A DNA stretch of 64,000 nucleotides, taken from Kondoa subrosea (taxonomy: Eukaryota). Below, piece by piece: positions 1 through 14,522 of this stretch (positions are counted from its first letter, which is position 1; the number at the start of each line of letters is the position of its first letter). Both the position numbers and the translations under genes were made by a program. The notes under the pieces were generated by a model, which was given only the letters and a program-made list of their open reading frames with translations, was not told the origin of the DNA and searched no databases. The stretch is from the NCBI GenBank assembly GCA_039545335.1, contig BCIN01000002.1, positions 1,501,118 to 1,565,117 of the forward strand, written 5' to 3'.

Positions 1-3000
1 GTGAATCTGAAGACGAGGATGAAGAGAATGGAAGCGGTGCTAGTGATAACGAAGATGTGTCTAGCAAGAAGTCTTCGTCCGTCAAGAAAGGATCGAACAA
101 GACTGCAAAGGGAAAGAAAGCCAAAAAGGATATCTACCCGCCAGAAACCAGGGAAGAAAAGAAAGCTCGGATTGCCAGGGAGAAGGAGTTTAAGAAGAAG
201 CGTAATGGCAAGCTTAATCACGTAGGCCGATGATTTCAATTGCCATAGCATGTCATTTAATCAGTTCTACACTACAGTATGAACGCAATCAACTCGCTCT
301 CGAACGCATCCATCCCGAACTAGTCAACGTCTGGGGTGAACTTGAAGCCACTGTCTCACTCATTGAGCCCGTCAAAGCGGAACAGCCAGCCAAAATCACC
401 ATGCGATTGCTTCCTTTCCAGCTTGAAGGGTTACATTGGATGAAAGAGCAAGAAAGTGGCCCTTGGAAGGGTGGAATGCTTGCTGATGTACATCTTTGCA
501 TGTAAAGGTGAATCTTGAGCTGATTGATATGAGCAGGAAATGGGCATGGGCAAAACGATCCAGACTATTTCTTTGATCGTCTCTGATCTACACGAGAAGA
601 ACGGCAAAGGCAAAGAAAAGGACAAAAAGATGGTGCTTGTCATTGCCCCTACAGGTTTGTTTCCTTTTAGTATTTTTGCGCTCCGCAGTTACATTAACTG
701 GAAATAAACAGTTGCTATCGTGCAATGGCGCAACGAGTTTGCCAAATTCACCAAAGGTATCGATGCAAGTGTCTGTTGCAGGAGAATTATTCGTCGTGCT
801 GACATCAGAACAGGTGAAAGTTTGGCACGGAGCAAATCGGGCTACCGATATCGCAGCATTGAAGAAGCACGATGTGATCCTGACCTCATGTGCGTCTCCC
901 AGATTTCAAACATAGCAGACGATTTTGACATTCTCAGAACAGACAATGTCCTCGAATCTGCTTTTCGTCGACAACATAAAGGTTTCATGAAGAACAAGCA
1001 GAAGTTCACTGAAGACAGCATCGTACACAAGATCAAATGGCATCGCGTTATTCTGGACGAGGCACACAATATTAAGGTATGTTCAGTCTTTACTGCAGTT
1101 GTATGCATCTCTGACCATCTCAAAACAGGATCGTGGCTCTAATACAGCAAAAGCAACTTTTGCTTTGAAAGCGAAATATCGCTGGTGCTTGAGTGGAACG
1201 CCTCTTCAGGTTAGCAAGATTTGCCTGACCAAAGGAATTTCTTGACTGATTCGTGAAATAGAATCGAGTCGGAGAGCTTTATTCGCTCATTCGGTTTTTG
1301 GGTGTTTGTAAGTGTCTACACTGAGCTTCTTTTGTGAGTCTGAATATTCCGTCACAGTGCCTTTCGCCGCCAACTTCTGCAAGCGCTGCCCGTGTACCTC
1401 GTTACATTGGTCATTTTCTAATAAGAAGCATTGTGATACTTGCGGTCAGTCTGTTTGATAGTCTTATCTGGTCGTGCTGAATGCAGAAAACTAGGACACA
1501 CACCTATGCAGCATACTTGGTTCTGGTCAGCTCGCATTTTAGATCTTGACAACGGCAAGCTAACATTGACCACATCTACAGGAACAATGAGATTCTCAAA
1601 CCTATCCAACGCTACGGTCATGGTGGTGCTGGCAATATTGCTTTCAAGAAACTCAAGACTTTGCTAGATCGGATGATGTTGCGTCGAACAAAGGTCTTTC
1701 TCATCTCCACATACCATCACATCTGTCTGATGCACTCTGTTTTAGGTTGAGCGAGCTGATGATCTGGAATTGCCGCCTCGTACTGTCATGGTGAGAAGGG
1801 ATTACTGTAAGTCTACTTGCTATGCATAGCTACTTCTTAATAATGAATGCCGCAATAGTCACTGAAGAGGAGGAAGAGCTCTACACTTCGCTATACTCAG
1901 ACATAAAGCGTAATTTCGACACCTATCTAGACGCGGGTACAGTTCTGTAAGTTCTGTAGATCGAAATAGCATGAAGGAACGGCTAATTCAATCATCGACA
2001 GTAACAACTATGGTAACGTACGCATGTGCCCGCGATGAGCTTTCCGTTGCTAAAAAGAAGTGTAGATCTTCTGCTTGATTAGTAAGCGATTATGTTACTT
2101 CTTTCGCTCAAGAATCCTAACGTATACACAGCTCGTCTTCGTCAGATGGCTTGTCGTGCGTCTATTGCATTATGCATTTGTCTCAAGCTCAATTACTCAA
2201 CCCGATAGATCCTGATTTGGTGCTCAAATCCCGGACTGCCAAATCGATTCAAAGTCTTCTCAAGAACGAAGAGGCCGAGAACCTTCAGATCTGTCGCATT
2301 TGCTTAGAAGAAGCAGAAGAACCAGTCATGAGCAAATGTCGACACATCTATTGTAGAGGTAGGTCCGGCTAGGCAGACTGGTTCTAAGCTTATGATCCGC
2401 TTCTAGAATGCATCCGACCCGTTGTTGAGGGTACGGGATCTGACAATGCGCCGGAATGTGTTGTCTGCCATCTGCCTCTAACTATCAATCTGGATGCACC
2501 CTCACTCGAACCGGAAAATGCCAAAATTGCCCGTCAAGGTATTCTAGATCGCATCGACCCTAGTAAATGGCGGACCTCAACCAAGATCGAAGCGCTTGTG
2601 GAGGAGCTGGCCAAATTGAAGTCAGATGATCATTCAGCTAAAGCCTTGGTCTTCGCTCAATCGACCAGCTTCCTTGACCTGGTTTCACGTCGTTTGCAGC
2701 TTTCTGGTTTCAAGATTGCTCGATTGCAAGGTTCTATGACGCCTGAAGCTCGAGACAGAACCGTTCGCTATTTCAGTACGTTCTCTCCGGATGTTGCAGC
2801 ATATTCTAACGCAATAGACAGTGGACAATGTTGACGTCTCGGTCTTCCTGCTCAGTATCAAGGCTGGAGGTGTTGCATTGAATTTGACTGAAGCTTCTCA
2901 TGTTTTCATTTGGTTAGTACTAGTTCTTTCGCTAAAAATCAACGCTGACTACTCTATAGTGATCCTTGGTGGTAAGCGGTGCTCAGGATAAAGCTCGACT

Positions 3001-3459
3001 TGTATTGATGTGACATGCTTGTTCCAGGAACCCTTCTGGTGAGCTTGCTTTTGTATTCAGCCACCACATGACAGCTAATCAACAATTGCAGTTGAGTACC
3101 AAGCTGTAAGCTTTATACGCGTATGAGAGGCTTTGAAGATCACTAATCCTGCATTAGATGGATCGAATTCATCGCATTGGTCAACGTCGGCCTGTTGTGG
3201 TGAAGCGCCTGATCATCGAAAACAGTATCGAATCGAGGATTCTTGATTTGCAGAAGAAGAAAGAGAGCATGGTCTGCGACTTTCGATCACCCATTCAGAG
3301 TTAATTTGCTGATACATCCGGCCAGATCGGAGCTGCTTTCGGTGATTCAGAAGCTCTTGGACGAGTAGGCTGCTTACTCGGGATAAGTATTCGAAAGGCT
3401 GATGTGATTCCTTCTTCCAGCTTACACCGGAAGATCTGCGTTTCTTGTTCGTATTGTAA
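1..3459 (+). CDS. RAD16: RAD16-like SNF2-family DNA repair helicase/E3 ligase with RING finger (5' end outside window, many introns)
   Basis: Spliced exons give [113 protein letters not shown]; ends [15 protein letters not shown] at 3459. Confidence 0.93.
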
Positions 3460-3872
3460 ATTTCGCTGCTCCATTTCCGCAGGGCAGGGTATCAACGCCC
3501 AATGTACATTGCACACGTTTCTCTCGTATTTCCCTTCTATTCTCATCCCAGGGCGAGCAATCTTTCAAGTCTTGGCGAAACACGCGTCATATAAGCAGTC
3601 CTTAATTTCCTAAATTTCTCTCGCTCGAGAAGTCCTTATTTCCCCGCTTCCGCTTTACTCTTGCATCTCTGTTCAGGTGCTCTCTTCGTCTCTGTATACT
3701 CGGACAGCTTGGCAGCTCGAGCGATTACAGTATACTCTACTCGCGTCGAAATCAAACCTTGTGCCAAGCCTTTATTTTTTCCGACGTTTTCGGCCAAGGC
3801 TGGGTATCGACGCAATTTCTTGGAGGAAAGATTGATCATGTTCTCTTTATACCACCACAAGCTCATATCAAG

Positions 3873-6800
3873 ATGGCCGAAAAGAAAAGTGAGAAAGGAA
3901 TGGGTAGCAGGCAAACAACGTTGCAAGATGGCAGAAACGACAAGCTGTCAAGGTGCTGCTAGCTTTGCCGACGTGAAGAAACAATGCTGATGAATCAATC
4001 GCAGTCCGGCACATACACTGGACTCGGATACTGTCGTCCAGGCTTTTGAATCCAGCATTCTGATGGGACTGTCCAACTCGAAAGTAAAGGAGCTACAAAG
4101 CGTACATGGACCTAATCAGCTGAAGGAAACACCACCACCTAATCTATGGAAGATTCTGTTGGTCTTCCGCTCATCTCCTCGTCTGAAAAGCTTATCTGTT
4201 CATTTAACCCAGAATTCGAAACACTTTGAATGCCATGACCAGTGTGTTGAAACTGTCGTCGATGTACCGTCGTACTGATGCTTGACTCATTCCTTAGTCG
4301 TACTGGTCCGTTTGCGATACTTTGAACCTCAAGTTAGGCTAATCTCTCAAAACAGATTGCTGCAATGGCGGTTTCTTTCGGTACTCAAGATTATATTTCG
4401 GTAAGCTACTCTCAACATCTTCAGAGAAGGCCGCCCACATGATGTATCTAGGGTGGTGTGATCTTCGCTCTTGTCGTCCTGAACGTAGGAGTCTCGACGG
4501 TCAACGAATGGAGCGCGGAGAAGACTGTCGCCGCTTTACAAAGTGTCGGCTCTCCGGTAGCGTAAGTGTGCAGTGATTTGCAAGAGTCCCGCTCACAACA
4601 ATGATAGTGTTGTTATCCGCCATGGCGATGCTACTAAGGGCAAGGAAGGACAGACCGATACAGTAAAGACCGAGGAGGTCGTCCCAGGAGACATTATCAT
4701 TGTGAAGATAGGAGATATTGTGCCAGCAGTAAGTCTACTTTACGAGTCACACCTAATTCCTCTAAAATGCATTGTCGCAGGATGCCCGAATCTTGTCCGG
4801 CTACATTTCGAGCTTGGAAGTCGATGAAGCTCTTCTCACTGGTGAATCGTTACCTTCGTCTAAGACTGAAGAACCGATCGAAGATGGCGATTGTCCTGTC
4901 GGTGATAGGTGGGTGACCAAATCCATGTTCTCGTCAAATTAGCTTATCAGTCTCTTGACAGAACCAACATGGTCTACAGTGGATCTCAAGTCGTCAAAGG
5001 TCAAGCTCGATGCGTCGTTGTAGCAACAGCCATGTCCACCGAACTAGGCAAAATCGCAGAGGCTATGGATCGAAAAGAGACCGTCAAAGCTAAAGGTTGG
5101 AGATATCGCTGGCACAAAATCAAGGTCATTCTTGGTCTGGCCGAAACTACCCCATTACAGAAGAAGTAAGATGTGTTCATATGCTCTTAAAGATATTTGC
5201 AACTGATGTGGTCTTCCAGACTCAATGCCTTAGCTTATGTTTTACTGTTCGCCTCTTGTATCCTTGCTCTGATTGTTGTTGCCTCCAGTCAGTCATAAGT
5301 TTTATTTGAAGTGACAAAGCTAACGACTGTTTTGCAGCTGCTTTCGAAAACCCACCTCTTTCCATTGCGACCTATGCTGTCGCTACTGCTGTATCTCTGC
5401 TACCAGCCTCACTTATTGCTGTCGTGGCTCTCAGTTTGGCTAACGCTTCGAAAGAGCTTGCACAAAGAAATGCTCTAGTCCGCAAAGCCGATGCTATCGA
5501 GACACTTGCGGCTGTTACAGTATGTCATGATGCTATTCAAGTACAACTCGCCTGACTTTTTATCACGTTAGGATGTGTGCTCTGATAAGACCGGAACTAT
5601 CACGTAAGTATAACGTGATCTCATTTTCTAGCGACACTGAAATCCTGCAACAGGGTGGGAAAGATGGTCTTGAAGAAAGCATGGGTGCCTTTCCGCATGA
5701 ACGAAGACAAAGAAGTTCCGAGTTCCGACAAAGGACAGATCTATTCAGTCGAAAGTGGATCGGACCCGTACTACCCAAGAGGAGCTGTTCTTGCCGTCGA
5801 TGACTTGCAGACTGAAGTTGAAGAAGGCTTCATGGATGATGACGACTTAGACAAAGATGGTCTGGTTGACATGCACAATATGGACCCTCGATTGCGCGAA
5901 TTGGTCCTCTGCGGTAGTTTGTGCAATACTTCGACCATACAGAAATCAGAGAAAGAAGACTCTGTAGGCAAATGGGAAGCAAATGGTGATGCTACAGAAG
6001 TCGCTTTGCAAGTCGTCAGTACTATTTGAGCTTCCGCCGCTCTCCACTGAATCATAAACAGTTCGCCTACAAACTTGGTCATGGACGTCGTCACCTGACT
6101 AAACCGCCAACTGCCCACCTGAAGAGGCAAGAAACTTCAACATCGATACGAAAGCAAGCGCCTATCGCCGGTCAAACTGGACATTATGAGAAGCTTGTCG
6201 AGCATCCTTTTGATAGCACAGTAAGCTGCTTTGTTCGTCCTGCAGGTGTCGACTGAACTTGCATGCCAGATTAAACGAATGACTACAGCATACAAGTTTA
6301 CGCCATCTGAGGGCGAGGGCTCAGAAGGCAATCACATCCTTATCCTGATGAAAGGTGCCATCGAGCGCGTTTTCGATCTGTGCAACACCCTTGGTCTCGG
6401 TGTCGATGGAGCTACACCGCTTGAGAAGGAGCACCGCGATGATATCAACATGCAATACGAAGATCTGGCAGCAGAAGGTCTGCGAGTTTTGACTCTCTGC
6501 GGTCGTAAAGTCTCTGCGAAATTGGAACAGGAAATTACGAACATGCCTCGAGAGGAATTAGAATCCAACGATTTCGGCTTTCTTGGTCTTGTTGGTATCT
6601 TGTGAGTCCTTCAAGCCTCTATTCGGATCTGTATTAAGCTGTCCCTGGTAGCGATCCTCCTCGAAATGAAAGCAAAGCGGCTGTTAACGATTGCAAGAAA
6701 GCTTCTATCATCCCTCGTATGCTTACCGGCGATCACAAGGCTACTGCTATTGCAATCGCCCAAGCTGTCGGTATCATCAACAAGTCCTATGGAAAATCAG

Positions 6801-8611
6801 ATGTCATGGTCAGTCCAAAGTAGATCGTGCCAGTACTGTCTGATCCAGTTCGTCTACTAGACTGGCCCTGAATTTGACAAGTTATCGGAGGACGAAATTG
6901 ACGCGCTACCATCTCTGCCACGAGTCATTGCTCGATGCGTAGGTCGCACATGCATTACTGCTTCTTTCGCTAACGTCGGCATCCAAACAGGCGCCTGAGA
7001 CCAAAGTACGAATGGTTGAAGCTCTACACAGACGCAACCGTATGACCGTTATGACTGGCGATGGTGTCAACGATGCTCCAGCTCTCAAACGAGCCGATGT
7101 TGGTGTTGGTGAGTACATAGTGTATGCTTTCACGTTCACATGCTGATATCTCGATCAGCTATGGGTAGTGGCAGCGATGTTGCGAAGCAAAGCGGAGAGA
7201 TCGTACTTACCGACGATCAAGTGAGTCTGCTGACAGCACACTTGTCAGCTTTTTCTGATTTTTACAGTTCGATACCATCATCCGAGCCATCAGAAAAGGT
7301 CGCTCTGTCTTCTCGAACTTGTCCAATTTCTTGCTCTATGTACGTCAGGTCTATATCGGCTCGATCTGCACTGACCAATCGATCAGCTTCTGTCTGGTAA
7401 TCTGGGTGAAGTCTTAGTCTGTATGGCGCTTTCATCCGTTCAGGTCGAGTAATAGCTAATCTACGGCTCAGTAATGATCGGTCTTTCTTTCGTCGACCCA
7501 ACTGGCGAATCTACTTTCCGTATGTTGCAACCTATTGAGGTAGAAGCCCTAATTGACCCTTCGTAGCTCTGTCTCCTGTTGCTGCTTTGTGGATCAACGT
7601 ATGCTCCATTTCCGCAGTTGTTGAATTTAACTAAGTCTTCTTTAGACCCTTGCTGCCGGACCTCCAGCTCTAGCGCTAGGTCTTGAACCAACTGACAAGA
7701 ATGCTATGAGTCCGTCATACTATTGCTATTCAGTTTGTGGTGCTAAATAGTGTACAGACAACGCACCTGAGGATTACAAGAACATTTTCGTTTTGTGGTG
7801 GTGGATTGATTTGGTCTACTATGGTGTCCTCATGGCTGGTCTTGCTCTTGCAAACTTCTGCATCGTTTTGTACGGCTACTATGATGTATGTCTGCTATTC
7901 CAGCGACTCGACCTATACCTTATGCTTGTCAAAACAGGGTCAAATTGGCATAGACTGCAATGTCAGCTATAACGAGAGCTGTGAAGTCATCTTCCAAGCT
8001 CGAAGTGCATGCTTCTCCTCTTTCCTGGTCGTACTGATGTGTGAGTGTTGTCTCAACGCGGAAGGTAGCCGATCGTTGAGTATTGGCCCAGGTCACGCCC
8101 TAACTTGCAAGAAACCGAGTCAAAGTATTTTCAAGACGAATCTTCTTGACAACAAGCTCCTACTGTGGTGCGCGCTTGCTTTGGCGCTATCGGTCTTCGT
8201 GAGTGCTTCTCGTCAACTTAACCTCGACGCATCTCATTTTTCTTACAGCCTGTCGTTTACATCGTAAGCTCACATGGCATGACAGCAAATTGCAAACTAA
8301 CAACCCTTATACAGCCTGTCATTAATGACCAAGTCTTCTTGTGGGTTGTCAGAAGTCCATCCTGAATTGTGCTGACATTGCCTTGCAGGATGAATGGTCT
8401 AACATGGGAATGGGTGAGTAGTATTCGCTTAACCAACCTCGCAATTTAACCAATCTCTCTCCCACAGGGACCTGTCTTCGCGTCGATCTTGGCGTATTTC
8501 CTGATGGCCGAACTTTATAAATTACTTCGACGAAGGATCATCGCGAAACGCGAAGCAAAGAGAGAAGCAAGCAAGGAAGAGTACTCAAAGGAATTGGGCA
8601 TGAACGAGTAA
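3873..8611 (+). CDS. ENA1: P-type IID Na+/K+-exporting ATPase (ENA type), multi-exon
   Basis: [36 protein letters not shown] phosphorylation site (~5581), [67 protein letters not shown]. The 3' stop overlaps a possible GTAAGT donor, so the end is slightly uncertain. Confidence 0.9.
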
Positions 8612-8862
8612 GTCTTCCGATCATCTGCCATACACTTGCCACGATCTGATCAACTCGCAGAACAATGGCCGCTGTCTGAAACCACCCACTGGCTTTCTAT
8701 GATGTTGTACTAATTTAAAGCATACTGTATATACGCAATAATATGAGTTTAGATTTCTGTCACTTCCTAAGTTCCTCCGACTGAGCGAAACTCCGCAAGT
8801 TCCTTCAAGCAGCGACTCTCGCAATCTCCTCTCAACCTCGTCTGCTCTGGATACCAAGATCT

Positions 8863-11800
8863 ATGGAAGATGACGCTCCTACCAATACTTCCTCTGCCAG
8901 CAGTCAGCCTTTGACATCTGATTCTGAAGAAAGTGCATCAACTCGAGTCTCGCCGCTGACAGAAGCCAAATCCGAGCCTGCTGTTGTCCCACAAGCCGAT
9001 CAAGAGCCTGCTGCACGTGTACACGATCAAACAGAGCTACCTCAATCCTTCTCTCTTGCTTCAAGCGATTTATTACCAAACTCGGGCTCTGCAATTGAAG
9101 ATTCTGCTACCGGCGCTGCATTGACGCAAGGGACGAACTCTGAGACGATAGCTACAGAACATCCTGAACCTTTCTCCTCCTCTGTGACCTCGACATTGCC
9201 TACAAATGACTCGCCAGATCAGCAGGTGTCTGCAGCGATACCCAGTAGCGGTTCTGCAGCAGACAGTGCAGCTCCTTCGAATGACCTTGATGTATCTTCG
9301 CCTACAAGTAACAATGTGCCGTCTGGATCAGAAGCCCCAAACCAAGAAACCAAGGTCGAAGCTGTCTCATCGTCTTTGCAAGCTTCGAGTACCATTGCAG
9401 CGCCAGAGAATGCAGCGAGAACAGAGAGCCCTTCTTTCTCCGAAAGATCGATCAGCGGACAGCCGAAAAAGTTCTCGAGCAGTCTTAGCGTCAACAAGAA
9501 ATTCCTGGAGAAGTTTGTCTTTTTGATCCTGTAAGACGATATCATGCTGAAAGTTCTATACTTAGAGCTAGTACGGATCCGAAAGCCGCTGCCAACAAGC
9601 CTGGATATTCCACAGCTTGTTTGTTTCCATCTGACTAGATTCAAGGTCGAGCATTGTTGACTAATTGGCGTAGTATACCGATCTTCAACACCCACCTCAG
9701 CCGCCGGACCTACATCGCCAGCACCAGTACCTGCCAGTCTGGCAACAAGCAGCACTTTTACAACTATGCCTTCGGGACCTCGCTTGCTTACAGGCAAGAT
9801 CTCTAACCCATCTGCTCTCGTCAGCGGAGCACTGGGTACTTCAGTGCCGGCCGGTTGGGCGCGACCATCCTCAAGTACAAGATCGTCGAATCTTTTGGGT
9901 GATGGACCAAGTAATTCGTTCATGGATCAGAACAGAGGCTCAGCTTATGCTTCCAATAACATGAGAGGCGGGATAATGGGTCGAACGGGTGGGCCAGGTC
10001 CTTCTTCTGCTTCCGCGCGTGGATTTGGGATGGAGTCTGTGGGAAGAGGGAGAGGCGGAAGAATGTCTACACCTTGGGCAAATGCGAGTGGCTATGATCA
10101 ATCGTCAATGTACAATGGACCTTCCAGCAACGGGTGGGGACCAAGTGGCGATTTTCCTAGTGTAGCGGAAGCGGCTCGAAGTAGGTTCACATGTCCGCAT
10201 AGTTCGCCTTGATGGCTGATGAGGGTTTTAAAAAGGTAAAGAGCTGAAAGCTAGAGCTCTTGCAACAGCTTTGGCAGCTAAGGAAGCGAAAGACAAGTCA
10301 TCGAAATTGGCTGCAGCAGAAGCAGCTGCTGCGTATCGAAAGCATTTATTAGAGGACTTAGATGCTTTTCGAGGCACTCATCTTGATCCGAATGCAAATC
10401 ATTGGGATGAGGTTAGTACACTTATGTCATTATTCGAAGACGATGAGGTCTGATTGGAACCTGGATCAGATGGGCGACGAAGATGATGATTTCGGCGATA
10501 TTGTTGATTTTGGAGACGGTGCTACTTACAAGATACCCCTCGAAGACCAAGACGAACTCATCGCTCGTGGGCAACAAGCTGCTCTTCTACAGCAGCAACT
10601 ACAACAACAGCAACAAGCTTCTCAAGCTTCCATACAACAGCGTCCTCAAGCTGCAGTAGCTTCTTTGCCTCCACCTGGCGAATTTGATCGAGGCAATTCA
10701 AGATCGAGATCCGATTCCGAAGGCAAAGTCCTCTTTAATGACCGCCTAGGAAAACTTGAGCCATACAACGAATCGAAATCAAAGTCAAAGCGCGACGAGA
10801 AACGAGAACCTCCTGCTCAAGTCCTTCAACGTATGCCATCAAACCCTAAGCAACCTATTGTGCCTATTAAACCTACTCTTGCACCTCGTGCCGTTCCTAA
10901 TGGTACAAAGACTGATACCGCTCCGCCCAAGCCAGTCAAACAAGCATGGGCGACGCCTATCAGTGTACCCAAATCGATCACTTCCCCGATACCTGGCGTA
11001 ACGCAACAAAGTGTCTCAGTATCGCAGCCGGCAGCTGCTGAAGTAACAACAACTCAATCTAAACCGGTCGTTGCTGAAGCTCCCAAAGTGGCTCAAGAAA
11101 GCGTGGAAGAGATTCACAAGCGAGAAATGCAATCTGCTGCTGAGAGAGCACGCAAGCGAAAACAAGAGGAAGAGGAAGCTCGGAAGGCTGCAACTGAACG
11201 AGCTCAATTGAAGGCGCGCGAAATCGAAGACAAGCTCAGAGCCGCTGCGAAATCGTCCGAACCCAGTTCTGCGGCGAAAGAAACTGTTGTTCCTGTAGAA
11301 CAGAAGTCATTCCCTGTAGTGACATCGGATGAGCAACCGAAGCTGGAGACCAAGCCTGAACCAACGCGGCAGATTCTCGATAATCAATCGCGAAGGTCTC
11401 CTCTACCACCTCAGGACTCTGTCTTCCAAGATCGCTCGACCATTCACCACAAAGAGCAGCAGCAAAAGCTACCCGCGCGACCCGCCTCCGATCGCAGGCC
11501 TTCTGCTTCTCTAGAAAGATCTAAAGCAAAATCTCCAGATATTCTACTCAAAGATATACCGGAGACCAAAGCGACTCTAAATTCCTCTAAGCTACCAATT
11601 GAGCCTAGTACTCGTCCGGCCAGACCTACACAACCTGGCAGGCTTCTCGCAAATGCACTCAATCAGCCTGCCGCAGCAGAATCTTCCTCACGGGCGGAAG
11701 AAGCTCGCAATTGGCGGCGGTCAGCCTTGCCAGAGTCGAATGATGCCGTTTCATCTTCTAGCCATTCTGCAAATTCTGCGAAGGTTACCTCGATAGCTTA

Positions 11801-14096
11801 TCCGTTGGTCAAGCTTGACAATTCGCCTCAAGCACCTACATCTTCTCTCAAAGCTTCCGATTCTCCCTCAGTCCTTCCTTCGTCAAACGTGCAGCATCAA
11901 GCGGTACCTCCAATTGCTGTGCGTTCCGAAACAAGAGATGCCACTTTAAGGCCAAGGGTCACTTCACCCGAATCGCGTACTGTTTCGCCTGGCGTGCTTG
12001 CAAGAGAAGTACCAACCGAACGACCTACGGTGAAGCTCAGTGCCGAATCTAGGCCACAAGCCTCTACTTCTTCTGCCGGCACAAGCAAGCCTTTGTACAA
12101 ACCTGCTGATATGGCTTCGATCAATGATGCGATGTCAAGATTGCAAGAACTACTGGGCGCAAACAGGGCCAAAGCTATGGCGGATGCAGAAGATGCGTCT
12201 GTGGTCCGAGATGAGACGTCTTCGGGTCCTGCACCTGAAAGGTCTCGGGGTAGAACGCCTCTGCATACCGTTGTGCCCGAGCGCTCACCTTTTGCTGGCA
12301 TCGATCCACCTCCAGCTAGAGCTGATTTTCTCTTTTCACGGCGGCAGCGCTCGCCCTCACCTAGGCCAGTCTGGAAAGTTCTACCTAAGCTCAAATTCGG
12401 CGGTTCTGGCCGCCAATTACCACCGCTGTCGAGTCTACAACAGAGCATGCTCCTGCGTCAGAACCGTCCAGACCGCCTGTTTGTTGTATCTTGGAACACG
12501 AACCGCTCCGAAGGGTTATCGAATCTGTTCCGAGAGCAGAGTCTGTATTCGAGAAGTGGCACGATCGTTCGAGTGCCTGGGTCTAGTAGATCAGTCAGTG
12601 GGACTGTTCAGCCAAAGAAGAAGGAAGAACGGTTGGCGCAAGTACAGACTTCCAGGCGTTCGGATGAAGCAACATGGCGTCGCGAACTTGCAACTACCGA
12701 TATACCAATAGTAGCCGTTACCACGAGCGGTCCTGAACTAGCTCAAACAGTCGCTGAAGCTTTTGCGGAGGCTGCGAAGTCGATTGCCGTTGTTTTGCCC
12801 AAAGCATCAAAAACAGCAGCATTTGGACCAACAGTCAAACTTCCTGGCAGGTCATCTTTGTTTTCGACCAAGCAAGCCGATGTCTCGAGTGATATTCTGG
12901 ACTCTTCTATGCCGATTGAGCCAGAAGTCAAACCAGCATCATACACCTTTCAATATCCGTCTACCCTGGCCGAACCAGGAGATTCGGCTGTCATTACTAA
13001 AGCCTCTACACCCTTCTCTGCTCCTGGCCCTGATCCCACAAGCTTCGGCGTACACGAACGTGCGCAGAGTCACAATCTTGGTCTTACCAGTAATCGCAAC
13101 TTCATGCATCGTCGTAATGTGAGCTTGCGTGATCTCTGTCTTGCTCAAGACTGATATTATATCCTGTAGCCTTCAGCAGCAGCTGGCGGGCAACTTGGCC
13201 AATCAGCGCCGGCTTCAACAATTCATCCTCACCACAAGTCTTCGCAATCTATGTCTGCAACCACTTGGGATGAGAGTCCTCTTTCACTATCAGTCGTGAA
13301 GAATGTGTGGGCTCAACCGCCTGCCATTGAGGATGGGACTGCAAACAACTCTCTCAAAGATCTCGTTGACGATTTCCCGACGACTTTGCCCAGCATGAAC
13401 GATCTGAAGGCCGAAGAGGACAGTCACTCGGAAGACAATCCTGGAGTTACATCAAGCTCGCTGTATCAGACTAGTTCTCATACCGAGACTGGCCATTCTC
13501 CTTTTGCGCGGGAACGTGGACCTTTGTCTGCCACTTCAGCTTTTGCTGAGCAGTACCCAGCCACCGTCTCGTCGGCATCTACATCATCTTCAGCTTTCGC
13601 AATGCCTGCACCTTTCCAGCCTTCGAATCAGTACATGCCGGATTCACATCCCACTTGGCAGCGGCCTATGCCAAACAACACCTTTGGTCAAAACAAGACC
13701 TATCCATCTCAAGCTCAGCAACAACAGTACTCTGCTTATGGCATGCCGCAGATGTCTGGGCCTGGATTCGCAAACGGTATTTGGAGACAATCTCAACCAT
13801 CAATGGTAACGGCACAAAATCAGGGCTATGGCTACGGCAACATGACAAGCTCGATAAACAGTCCCGGCTTCGTGCATGCTGGTCTACCAGGAGCAAGCTT
13901 CCATTCAGCGAGAAACCCATCCGGTCGCAATTCAGCAAGCAATCGCGCACCTCGTCTGCATTACGATCAATCATCATACAATCCCATGCATAGTATGCAA
14001 AGAGATGGATCGAACAGTTATTTACCTCCTTCAGTGATGAGCCAACAGATGCCGCCGCCGCAAGCGTTACACAATCCGTATGAGGGAAGATATTGA
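8863..14096 (+). CDS. Very large, mostly disordered S/P/Q-rich protein with coiled coil; PRRC2/BAT2/Nocte-like motifs
   Basis: Long ORFs 8863-9534, 9766-10212, 10362-13154 and 13251-14096 can be joined by short GT-AG introns. Motifs KKFSSSLSVNKKF, GWA, DFPSV, HWDE..DDDDF..VDFGDG, EMQSAAERARKRKQEEEEAR, VVKNVW. Family call is an inference. Confidence 0.7.
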
Positions 14097-14522
14097 GAGA
14101 AGTAAGGGAAGCAAGGGAGCAGAATGGTTTGAGCTTATCAGGTTTAGGGAACGTAGGATATGTCGACTGATTTTCGTATTGCAACTTAAGCTTGTAGCTT
14201 ACTAAGAGTCGATTCGCCACTTCCCCTACTCGGGCCATGTTTCGAAATCCCTTCTCTTCCTTCGAAACGTCGATATCTAGGAATTTACCTCTGCACCTGT
14301 TGAAGCCTTCTGCGTAGAGCCCTATAGTTGCAATATAGTCTCGAGGCTTTCTCTTCTGTCTGTCTCGCTTTTTGCCGCGCACGCGAATTCGAACAAAAGG
14401 TAATCAGAGTATTCCCCGAAACTCCTCGTACGCTCGCTATAGCTTTTCCTTGGACTGCTGGGCTGCCTGTCCGCTCGCGCAACGACCTCTTACTCTGTGT
14501 ATAAGTCTTTTCAACAACGAAT

